Origin: an uncultured Chitinophaga sp.
Lineage (GTDB): Bacteria; Bacteroidota; Bacteroidia; Chitinophagales; LD1
Direction: 5' to 3'
DNA length: 64,000 bases
Assembly: GCA_964631835.1 (NCBI GenBank)
Contig: CAZWAD010000016.1
Coordinates: 8,297 to 72,296, forward strand
Shown here: positions 55,841-64,000 of the stretch, piece by piece
Position numbering within the stretch: the first letter of the stretch is position 1
Layout: every line of letters starts with the position of its first letter
Translations under genes and position numbers: made by a program
The notes under the pieces: generated by a model
The model's input: only the letters and a program-made list of their open reading frames with translations
Databases searched by the model: none
What the model was told of the DNA's origin: nothing

Positions 55841-56176
55841 AAATGTGATTCCGTTTTCCCAAAAAGTGGTCCCTCTTTTTTGGAAAGTGGTTCCCCTTTT
55901 TTGAAAAGCGGCTCCTCTCTTGCTGATTGCTGTGCCCATTTGCCGGAAACTGCTTCGCATTTTTAGAAGTTAGCTGCCGCTTTTTTCAAAAATGATTGCA
56001 CTTGTGCGGATTGTGATTCCATTCCGCTTGAAAGCGGTTCAGCTTTTACAAAGAGTGGCTCGCCTTTTCACTATTTCAGTTCCTCTTTTGCCGTAACAGC
56101 AACCGCTTTTCCCGATTGTGTTTCCAAATTTGATAAATGAGGAGGCATTTTGCAGGAAAGGTGTTTGCAACCTTAT
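55841..56176. repeat. Degenerate 21-bp-period tandem array, 16 units with no indels
   Basis: Consensus RAWWGYGNTTCCNCTTTTNNN, e.g. AAAAGTGGTCCCTCTTTTTTG (55862), GAAAGTGGTTCCCCTTTTTTG (55883), GAAAGCGGTTCAGCTTTTACA (56030). Confidence 0.88.
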
Positions 56177-56406
56177 TGTAACAACTCAAATTAACAACCG
56201 GTAAAAAAGCTTTAATCGGGGATATCTTTAGCATAAGTAATGAGCCTTGTTTGAGGACATGATATTAGAAAATTTACTCACCTATTTTTATTTCACTTTC
56301 CGTGTAATCCTTTATTAGCTTTTGAAGAAAGCCAGTTGGGGCTTAGCTATATAAATTTTTCCCATTGAAAATCCATTTTGGCTGTTATATTAGATTAAAA
56401 TAAATC

Positions 56407-58422
56407 ATGCACAAGATTAAAGTTGCCGCATTCCTGCTCTTTTTTTACCCCTGGCTTTGCCCTGCACAACCCGATGGCAAGTTTGAAGAATTCGGAAGAG
56501 TAACCACTGATGATGTACTGATAACCGAATGCAGTTTTGAAAAAGGAGCGGATGCCATGATGTTGTTTGACCTGGCAGAGGTATATTATGAAAAAGAAGA
56601 CCCGGGGTTTATGTCAGGAGGCCGGTTCCTGATTACCACATCGTATTATCAGCGGTATAAAGTTTTTACTGAACGCGGATGCAGGCAGGCTGATTTCAGG
56701 CATCGTTTTAGATCGGGGAGTAACGAAACCATAACTGAAATTAAAGCAGCCTCTTACAATCTTGATGCAGACGGACAGCTAAGAAAAACAGAACTTATAG
56801 CGGCAGATATTCATTTCAACAAAATAAATGAACATGAAACTGAAGTGGTTTTCAGTGTTCCGGGAGTTAAAACCGGATGCGTTTTTGAAATAGCCTATAA
56901 ACGGGGGCAGTATGTATCTTATACATTGCCGGGCTGGTACTTTAATTCTGATGTGCCAACTGCCTACTGTTCAATCAGCATTGGTTTTTTAGACCCCATA
57001 CAGTACTACATCGAAGAAGTTTTTAACCGAGTTAAAATCAAAAAAACTACCGAGTCTTTTGTTTCCGATATACGGGTTCCCGCGCCAAACAGTTATTACT
57101 GGTCGAGGGAGCAGCTTCACGGCAAAACCATTTCTTACATAGCCACTAACATACAGTCAGTTCATGATGAGCCATTCATGAATAGCCGCAGAAATTATAT
57201 GGACCGGATTGGTTTTCAGTTGAGAGAGATTGGTTATCCCCTTAATCCTTCCGCTTCAATGGTCAGGTCCTGGAACACGCTTAATTCATATCTGCTCAAT
57301 CATGACCATTTCGGAGCTAATATTCAGGAAAGCGGAATTCCTAAAAAACAATGGAAAGATTTAATCCGTGTAGGGATGACCATCGAAGAAATGACCAAAG
57401 TTCTTTTTGAATTTATCCGGTCAAATATGAACTGGAACGGAATTATTTCTATGACTGCCCAAACTGATGATTCGAAAATCTGGAAGAACAAAAGCGGAAG
57501 CACTGGCGAAATAAATCTTCTTCTGCTCAATACCCTTCGCAATGCAGGTTTACCGGCATACCCGATGATTGTTGGTACAAGGGCCGGTGGTTACTTAAAT
57601 ACCGATTATCCGCTGCTGGATCAATTCAGAAATACAGTGGTAATGGTAGAACTAAGTAATGATAAAAAACTGATACTTGATGCCAGCGATAAATTCCTGC
57701 CTTTCGGACAAGTGAGGTACGATATTTTAAACAATTACGGATATGTTATACGCGGAGAAACGGATTGGTACTGGCACCGGATAACCAATGAAGGGACTAA
57801 TTCGGTTATTACATCTATTTCGGCTGCACTTAATGCTGATAATTTTATATCGGGCAATATTACCATTGCATCCAACAATTACTCCTTCGCAAGGCTGAAA
57901 AGAATGAAAACCGCTGAAAAAGAAGACCTTATTATGGAAGATTTAAAAAAACAAATTCCGAATATCACCATTGAATCTTACAGCGACTCCGTAAACGCAG
58001 CTGATAATTTTTTTATTCAAAATGTAAAATTTACTACGGCAGCATCGGCTGACAACGATGGCAACATTTATATTTCTCTGCCGGCAATTTATGGAGAAGC
58101 GAATAATCCTTTTGTGAGTGAAGAAAGAATTTCAGCCATTGATTTTGGTTACAGGCAGAAAGAAAGCACTTCGCTTACTCTGGAGATTCCTGAAGGCTAC
58201 GAGATTGACTCCCTGTTTAAACCCCAATGGCTTATCACTGAGGACACAACAATTAGCTTTTTATTTGATGCTGAAGATTTGGGCACCAAATTAATTATGG
58301 GTCAGCGACTTGATTATAAACGCAGCTTGTATTCAGCAAAAGAATACCCTTCTTTTTACGAGTTTCATCGGAAATACTTTCAGTTAAGACAGCAACCTGT
58401 AATTCTGCTAAAGAAAAAATGA
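56407..58422 (+). CDS. DUF3857 plus transglutaminase-like domain protein
   Basis: Signal peptide, VPGVKTGCVFEIAY, KSGSTGEINLLL (no catalytic Cys evident), LILDAS. Confidence 0.85.
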   Translation: MHKIKVAAFLLFFYPWLCPAQPDGKFEEFGRVTTDDVLITECSFEKGADAMMLFDLAEVYYEKEDPGFMSGGRFLITTSYYQRYKVFTERGCRQADFRHRFRSGSNETITEIKAASYNLDADGQLRKTELIAADIHFNKINEHETEVVFSVPGVKTGCVFEIAYKRGQYVSYTLPGWYFNSDVPTAYCSISIGFLDPIQYYIEEVFNRVKIKKTTESFVSDIRVPAPNSYYWSREQLHGKTISYIATNIQSVHDEPFMNSRRNYMDRIGFQLREIGYPLNPSASMVRSWNTLNSYLLNHDHFGANIQESGIPKKQWKDLIRVGMTIEEMTKVLFEFIRSNMNWNGIISMTAQTDDSKIWKNKSGSTGEINLLLLNTLRNAGLPAYPMIVGTRAGGYLNTDYPLLDQFRNTVVMVELSNDKKLILDASDKFLPFGQVRYDILNNYGYVIRGETDWYWHRITNEGTNSVITSISAALNADNFISGNITIASNNYSFARLKRMKTAEKEDLIMEDLKKQIPNITIESYSDSVNAADNFFIQNVKFTTAASADNDGNIYISLPAIYGEANNPFVSEERISAIDFGYRQKESTSLTLEIPEGYEIDSLFKPQWLITEDTTISFLFDAEDLGTKLIMGQRLDYKRSLYSAKEYPSFYEFHRKYFQLRQQPVILLKKK

Positions 58423-60326
58423 AAAAATACCTGTCAGCTCTTTCTTTTATATTGATACAGCAGTTTGCTTTTGGTCTCTTAAAGGATGAGTTTGCCGTAA
58501 ACCTAATACCAGATTCTTTGTTACCGGGAGCAAACAGTGTAGTGCGGTTTGCTGAAACTAAAATGAGAGTGGTAAATGCAGGCACGCTTGAGTACTCGGT
58601 TCACCGGGTTGTTTCAGTATTTAATGAAACAGGTGCCGATGAGTTGAGCATGACCATTTATTATAATCCGTTCCGGAAAGTTACCCGTTTCAAAGCCTTT
58701 TTATACGATAAGGATGGAAGACTGATGAACAAAAGAAGCGAATCCGATTTACAAGATTACGCAGCTCATGATGGTTTTTCGTTGTTTAATGACGCGCGGG
58801 TAAAACACCTGCAAACCAGTGGGGGTGTTTACCCCGTTACCATCGACTATGCATATGTTATAGAATATAATGGTTTGCTTGACTATCCGGAATGGCGAAT
58901 TCAAAATTCGGGACAGGCAGTTGAGTATTCTTTCTTACAGATCGATGTGCCCGAAGAGATACCCATCAAGTACAAAAGCTTCAACATTGATTTATCGCCA
59001 TCAATTATTACACATACCGGTGTAAATGGCTATACCTCGTATCTGTGGCGGGTCACCAACCTGAAACCTCATTCGGTCCCTATCAACTCTTACAATAGGA
59101 ATTATTTTTTGCCGCATGTAGACGTAATCCCTGAAATTTTTGAAATAGCCGGTTATCGCGGTTCGTTCCGGACTTGGAGAGATTTCGGAATCTCTATGAA
59201 TGAGATGTGGAAAGACAAACGTCACATTCCGGACAATATAAGGAACGAGGTAGCTCATTTGGTGGAAGGCATTTCAAACAAAAAGGAGAAAGCCAAAATA
59301 ATTTACAACTATTTACAAAATAGTTTCAGGTATGTGAGTATCCAAGTTGGCATAGGTGGATACATTCCATTTAATGTAGCAACAGTTCATTCAGCTAAGT
59401 ATGGTGATTGTAAAGCCCTGAGCAATTATATGCACGCTCTCCTAAGCACCGCAGGTATAAAATCTTATCCGGCTCTTGTTAATGCAGGCAGAGAGGAGCA
59501 TTCCGTTGATACTTCTTTTCCCGGAAATTATTTCAATCATGTCATTCTTTTTGTTGAACTTGATGATGAAAATATTTGGCTTGAATGCACTAGTAATTCT
59601 ATCCCTTTTGGTGAGCTAGGCGGCTTTACAGAAAATCGTTATGCCCTTGTGTTTGGTGACGAGGGAGGAAAAATGACAGCTACGCCAAATTCACGAGCCG
59701 ATTTAAACACTCTGTCGGCAAATTGTATAATTCAGATTGACAGCAATTTAAATGCTGTTATCATTGACAGTGTAAGGTTAAAAGGTGAATTCAGGCAAGA
59801 AGCCAAACACAGGCTTGTCTTAGGTACCGAAAAGGAGCGATCTTATTATACGTTTAATGTTCTTGGTATAAAGCAACCGGAAAATTATTCCATTGAAAAC
59901 TTTGGAAGATATGTACCGGAAATAGCTTTCAACATTAAAGGAAACTCATCTAAGATTTATGACTTTAAGTCAGGCAATAAAATTTTCCTGCCCGGTACGT
60001 TTATAAAAAACTGGTATGAAAATATCAACGCTGACACATCTGCTAAACATGATATTGTCCTTAGCTTTCCGAATACGAAAACAGAAAAACTAAAGTACAT
60101 TTTGCCGAATTATTCAGTTCTGGCTCCATTTTCTGATTATGAACTTGATAATGCAGTAATTTCTTTTAAGCGGACATACCTGAAAGGGAACAACAACGAG
60201 CTAAACATTCTAACAGAGTTTTCAATTAAAAAGAACATAATAACATCTTCAGAAATCCAGATTCTGAAGCATAGCCTGCAATTGGTCAGTAAACAGTTGC
60301 AACAGAAAATCATTATTGTATTGTAG
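58419..60326 (+). CDS. DUF3857 plus transglutaminase domain protein
   Basis: FRYVSIQVGIGG, YGDCKALSNY, FNHVIL, WLECTS (Cys-His triad motifs); ATGA overlap with the upstream paralog. Confidence 0.9.
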   Translation: MKKYLSALSFILIQQFAFGLLKDEFAVNLIPDSLLPGANSVVRFAETKMRVVNAGTLEYSVHRVVSVFNETGADELSMTIYYNPFRKVTRFKAFLYDKDGRLMNKRSESDLQDYAAHDGFSLFNDARVKHLQTSGGVYPVTIDYAYVIEYNGLLDYPEWRIQNSGQAVEYSFLQIDVPEEIPIKYKSFNIDLSPSIITHTGVNGYTSYLWRVTNLKPHSVPINSYNRNYFLPHVDVIPEIFEIAGYRGSFRTWRDFGISMNEMWKDKRHIPDNIRNEVAHLVEGISNKKEKAKIIYNYLQNSFRYVSIQVGIGGYIPFNVATVHSAKYGDCKALSNYMHALLSTAGIKSYPALVNAGREEHSVDTSFPGNYFNHVILFVELDDENIWLECTSNSIPFGELGGFTENRYALVFGDEGGKMTATPNSRADLNTLSANCIIQIDSNLNAVIIDSVRLKGEFRQEAKHRLVLGTEKERSYYTFNVLGIKQPENYSIENFGRYVPEIAFNIKGNSSKIYDFKSGNKIFLPGTFIKNWYENINADTSAKHDIVLSFPNTKTEKLKYILPNYSVLAPFSDYELDNAVISFKRTYLKGNNNELNILTEFSIKKNIITSSEIQILKHSLQLVSKQLQQKIIIVL

Positions 60327-60340
60327 TAACTACTTAGTCC

Positions 60341-60372
60341 GCGCAGGGTCTCCCGTCTCGGGGACCCTGCGC
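60341..60372 (+). terminator. GC-rich hairpin with T-tract (terminator / REP-like)
   Basis: GCGCAGGGTC pairs with GACCCTGCGC, followed by TTTTG. Confidence 0.7.
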
Positions 60373-60561
60373 TTTTGACTGCTTCATTCTTGTAAGAAAA
60401 CACGAGTGAAGTGGATTGAGTTGATTGGGATGTTGGTGGAGGAGTGAATAGGACAAACTACAATCCTAGCCCGCAAAATTTCTCCCTTCCTCGCTCATCA
60501 CGCTGCCGCTGAGTTTTCGTTGTGTTCATAGAATCTTTAAGCACCTTTCCGAATCTTATTA

Positions 60562-61314
60562 TTATTCGTAAAGTTTATCTTTAATATTCTCAGGCCTTAC
60601 CTCAGCCACCAGTCCGTAATCTTTTTGAACCAGCCTTTGATTTTTGTTCCTGTAATTCAGTTGCGATAGCAGGTGAGAAGTAATGGCGATATGAGCATCG
60701 CTTTTATTTTCAGCGTTGACAATATACCAGGGAGCGCAGGTAAAGTTTGTTTTCAGCAGCATGTTGTTACGAGCCTCCGAGTATTTCTTCCACATCTTTT
60801 GCGCCTTTTCATCAATGGGGCTTATTTTCCACTGTTTTAGCGGGTCTGTTCTTCGTGCTTTTAATCTGCCGTCCTGCTCCTGCCGGCTGATATCGAGGTA
60901 ATATTTTAAAATAATAAAGCGGGAGTTAACCAGCATTTTTTCAAACAGTTCCACATCCACGAAAAAAGTTTCGTATTCTTCCTGTGAGCAGAAGTTCATC
61001 ACCTTCTCCACCCCTGCCCGGTTATACCAGCTCCGGTTAAAAATTACAAACTCGCCTTTAGCCGGCAGATGCTGTACATAACGCTGAAAATACCATTCGT
61101 CCGCCTCGCCATCTGACGGTTTGCCCAGTGCAACAACCTTGGTTTCGCGGGGACTGAGGTGCTTGGTTATCCGCTTTATCGTTCCGTCCTTACCTGCGGC
61201 ATCGCGCCCTTCGAGGATAACGAGCAGTTTTAATCCTGATGAAATAATTTCCTTCTGAAGCTTCACCAACTCAATGTAAAGCCGGTGCATGGTCAGCTTT
61301 TGTTTGTTGTTCAT
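60562..61314 (-). CDS. ppk2: Polyphosphate kinase 2
   Basis: LEGRDAAGKDGTIKR, WYFQRYVQHLP, FNRSWYNRAGVEKVM, KQWKISPID. Confidence 0.96.
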   Translation of the reverse strand: MNNKQKLTMHRLYIELVKLQKEIISSGLKLLVILEGRDAAGKDGTIKRITKHLSPRETKVVALGKPSDGEADEWYFQRYVQHLPAKGEFVIFNRSWYNRAGVEKVMNFCSQEEYETFFVDVELFEKMLVNSRFIILKYYLDISRQEQDGRLKARRTDPLKQWKISPIDEKAQKMWKKYSEARNNMLLKTNFTCAPWYIVNAENKSDAHIAITSHLLSQLNYRNKNQRLVQKDYGLVAEVRPENIKDKLYE

Positions 61315-61396
61315 ACCGGTTTCGTGTTACCGGCAGCAATTTAGGAGAAATACAAAGAAGCCATGCGCGAATTCATGGCATTATGTCGTACCCGTT

Positions 61397-61687
61397 TTAA
61401 ATATCCAAATCTTTGGTAATGAAAACAAACCCCATTACACCAACACTTACCGTTTCACCTTTGCCGTTATTTTCATCGGTATAAGAAAACAGAATGCCGT
61501 TATGGTATTTTAACCCGAGTTCAGAGTACAGGTTGCAGCCGCCCAGTGTTCCGGTAACAGGGTTCAGGTTGCGGCATTGGCGGTTTACTTTTTCTTTATG
61601 TTTTTCAGAAGATGGATTGATAAGCGCTGCCAGCAGTATAACGATTAACAAGGTGACAATACCTTTTATCTGATTTGAGAGTTCCAT
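61397..61687 (-). CDS. Small hypothetical membrane-anchored protein
   Basis: N-terminal TM followed by INPSSEKHKE, YHNGILFSYT and SVGVMGFVF. Confidence 0.7.
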   Translation of the reverse strand: MELSNQIKGIVTLLIVILLAALINPSSEKHKEKVNRQCRNLNPVTGTLGGCNLYSELGLKYHNGILFSYTDENNGKGETVSVGVMGFVFITKDLDI

Positions 61688-61807
61688 AACGTCTTTTTTA
61701 AGTGATATTTAAACTTATAATTTTAACGCGGCTTTGGCGCAATTATTTAGTCCCGGGCGCTTGATTGTTTGCGCCTTCGTCAAAAAAATTGCTCATTCGC
61801 AGCGCAA

Positions 61808-62608
61808 ATGAACAAACCCTCCCTCCTCGTTGTAAAAATTGGCGGCAATGTTATTGATGACGAAAACAAACTGCATTCATTCCTAAGTGATTTTGTTTCA
61901 CTGCCCCAGCAAAAAATACTGGTTCACGGAGGTGGTAAACTTGCTACTGAGCTAAGCGGCAAACTTGGTATAGAAACAAAAATGGTTAACGGCAGAAGAA
62001 TTACCGATGCCGAAACTATTAAAGCGGTTACCATGACTTATGCCGGATGGATAAACAAAAACATTGTTGCGAAACTTCAATCGAAAGATTGTACAGCATT
62101 GGGGTTAAGCGGAGCAGATGTAAATCTTCTTCCGGCAAAAAAGCGGCCCGTGGAGGATGTTGATTACGGGTTTGTAGGCGATTTGATTCCCGAATGGGTA
62201 AACAGTGGCTTTCTGCGCTTGCTGGTTGAACAAACCATTGTACCGGTTGTTGCCCCGATTACCAGCAACCATGAAGGAACCCTTCTTAATGTAAATGCCG
62301 ATACTGTTGCGCAGGTTATAGCTGAAGCAATGAGCGGGCATTTCGATACCAATTTAATCTATTGCTTTGAGAAAAACGGATTGCTGAAAAATGTAGATGA
62401 CCATAGCAGCATTATTCCCGAAGTTAATTTTGAAATTGCCGAAACGCTGAAAACGAAAAAGCTAATTACCGATGGTATGATTCCTAAAATTGATAATGCT
62501 TTTGCTGCAATCAAAAAGGGCGTACATACCGTTATTATCGGAAATGCTTTTCAAATCAAAGAACTGGCAGATAACAAAAAAGGATATGGCACCCGCATAC
62601 AACTCTGA
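61808..62608 (+). CDS. argB: Acetylglutamate kinase
   Basis: VVKIGGN, LVHGGGK, GRRITD, LNVNADT, GMIPKIDNAF. Confidence 0.95.
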   Translation: MNKPSLLVVKIGGNVIDDENKLHSFLSDFVSLPQQKILVHGGGKLATELSGKLGIETKMVNGRRITDAETIKAVTMTYAGWINKNIVAKLQSKDCTALGLSGADVNLLPAKKRPVEDVDYGFVGDLIPEWVNSGFLRLLVEQTIVPVVAPITSNHEGTLLNVNADTVAQVIAEAMSGHFDTNLIYCFEKNGLLKNVDDHSSIIPEVNFEIAETLKTKKLITDGMIPKIDNAFAAIKKGVHTVIIGNAFQIKELADNKKGYGTRIQL

Positions 62609-63680
62609 GTTTTCCAAAGAGGCAGTGGCGTTGCTTTGCGAATTGATTGCCATTCCTTCTTTCAGCCGCGAAGAACTTAACACAGCCGAAACCATATTTC
62701 GGTTTATTGAAAAGAAAAGCATTCCTGTTTTCCGCAAGGGAAATAATGTATGGGCAAAAAACCAATTCTTTGAATCATCGAAACCCACTATTCTTCTGAA
62801 CTCCCACCACGACACGGTAAAACCCAATGCTGGCTATACCAGGAATCCGCATGAACCGGTTATAGAAGATGGAAAGTTGTTCGGGCTGGGAAGCAATGAT
62901 GCAGGCGGAGCATTGGTATCATTGCTTGCTGTATTCCTGCAGTTTTACGCTGACAAAGAGTTACCATTCAACCTCATTTACTCGGCAACAGCCGAAGAGG
63001 AAATATCAGGTAAAGGAGGCATTGAAAGTATAATCCATGAAATCCCGCCCGTTCATCTGGCTATTGTTGGCGAACCCACACGAATGAAAATGGCTGTTGC
63101 TGAAAGGGGTTTATTAGTCCTCGACTGCACCGCAAAGGGCAAAGCCGGTCATGCGGCTCGAAACGAAGGAGTGAATGCCATTTATTTGGCGATGAAAGAC
63201 ATGGAATGGTTCAGTTCGTATAAATTTGAAAAGGTCTCGGAATGGCTGGGACCGGTGAATATGAATGTAACCGTTGTTCAGGCAGGCACAGCACATAACC
63301 AGGTACCGGCTGAATGCAATTTTACTGTTGATATTCGCCTGAACGAATATTATACTCATCAGGAAATAATGGATACAGTAAAACAACATATATCCAGCGA
63401 AGTAAAGGAACGCTCAACACGAATTAAGCCTTCGTTCATTGATAAAAACCATGCTATTGTTTCCGCAGCCAAAGAACTCAACATAGAGTTGTATGGTTCA
63501 CCAACTACTTCCGATATGGCGCTGATGCCCTGGAAAGCGGTGAAGATTGGCCCCGGTGATTCAGCACGGTCACACAGTGCCGATGAATTTATTTATGTTC
63601 ACGAAATTGACGAAGGAGTAAAGACATACATCCGGCTTTTGGAAAAATATGCTGAGTCACTTAAACCATATATAAAATGA
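62586..63680 (+). CDS. M20 family metallo-hydrolase (acetylornithine deacetylase-like)
   Basis: LLNSHHDTV, GLGSNDAGG, AEEEISG, VGEPT, GKAGHAA, SHSADE; lies between argB and argH. Confidence 0.92.
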   Translation: MAPAYNSEFSKEAVALLCELIAIPSFSREELNTAETIFRFIEKKSIPVFRKGNNVWAKNQFFESSKPTILLNSHHDTVKPNAGYTRNPHEPVIEDGKLFGLGSNDAGGALVSLLAVFLQFYADKELPFNLIYSATAEEEISGKGGIESIIHEIPPVHLAIVGEPTRMKMAVAERGLLVLDCTAKGKAGHAARNEGVNAIYLAMKDMEWFSSYKFEKVSEWLGPVNMNVTVVQAGTAHNQVPAECNFTVDIRLNEYYTHQEIMDTVKQHISSEVKERSTRIKPSFIDKNHAIVSAAKELNIELYGSPTTSDMALMPWKAVKIGPGDSARSHSADEFIYVHEIDEGVKTYIRLLEKYAESLKPYIK

Positions 63681-64000
63681 AGCTTTGGCAAAAAGGAGAG
63701 TATAAGCAGGATAAAAACTCACTCGCTGTAGAAAAGTTCACGGTGGGCAATGACAGAAATTGGGATTTACGGCTTGCTGAATTTGATGTGCTGGGCTCTC
63801 TTGCTCATGCTGAAATGCTGAACACAATTGGAATCCTGAACAACAAAGAATGGAAAGCAATAAAAAATGGATTGAACGAAATTCTGAAAACTATCCGTGA
63901 GGGAAAATTTAAAATTGAAGAACATGTTGAGGACGTTCACTCACAGGTAGAAAAGACCCTGACCGAAAGAATTGGTGATGCCGGTAAAAAACTTCATACC
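63677..64000 (+). CDS. argH: Argininosuccinate lyase, truncated at window edge
   Basis: Absent from the ORF track. MKLWQKG...VEKFTVGNDRNWDLRLAEFDVLGSLAHAEML...VEDVHSQVEKTLTERIGDAGKKLHT. Confidence 0.93.
   Translation, partial: MKLWQKGEYKQDKNSLAVEKFTVGNDRNWDLRLAEFDVLGSLAHAEMLNTIGILNNKEWKAIKNGLNEILKTIREGKFKIEEHVEDVHSQVEKTLTERIGDAGKKLHT

Noticed and set aside
55784-55966. 60-aa ORF with KSGSPFL heptads
   Set aside because: It covers only part of the array and stops mid-array while the periodicity continues; a by-product of the repeat.
947-56176. Either 21-bp array as a CRISPR array
   Set aside because: No identical repeats separated by unique spacers, and no cas genes in the window.
56407-60326. 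Tandem DUF3857/transglutaminase pair as a novel system
   Set aside because: Such tandem pairs are a common arrangement in Bacteroidota; nothing unusual is visible here.
60395-60545. Purine-rich then pyrimidine-rich intergenic stretch as an RNA gene or repeat array
   Set aside because: I found no consistent period or convincing stem and recognise no RNA family.

Overview
Bacteroidota genomic window; the phylum is inferred from T9SS C-terminal sorting domains, the argB-M20-argH operon and mltG/ddl context. It has four parts. (1) 1-13.8 kb: an edge-truncated hypothetical gene, the glyoxylate shunt (XRE/RamB-like regulator, aceB, an embedded acyltransferase, aceA), a TonB receptor with a DUF2946-like RGPP leader peptide, sixA and ppk1. 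(2) 13.8-42.7 kb: an AT-richer accessory cluster between ppk1 and tRNA-Ser. It holds three B12 radical-SAM genes (one frameshifted), NDP-sugar enzymes, two GT2 plus two GT-C-like membrane proteins, a multiheme cytochrome, an orphan Wzt, and seven PhyH-type plus one P4H-type Fe/2OG dioxygenases, arranged in eight blocks of alternating strand. (3) 42.8-55.1 kb: housekeeping and envelope genes, including a T9SS-secreted PHM/DBH-like copper monooxygenase. (4) 55.1-64 kb: an FN3-type protein, a DUF3857 pair, ppk2 and arginine genes. The most striking unexplained signal is two separate, indel-free, highly degenerate 21-bp-period arrays (947-1198 and 55841-56176). Each starts about 100 bp upstream of a minus-strand hypothetical gene with a predicted helical N-terminus and beta-rich C-terminus. 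All family assignments come from motif recognition by eye; no searches were run.
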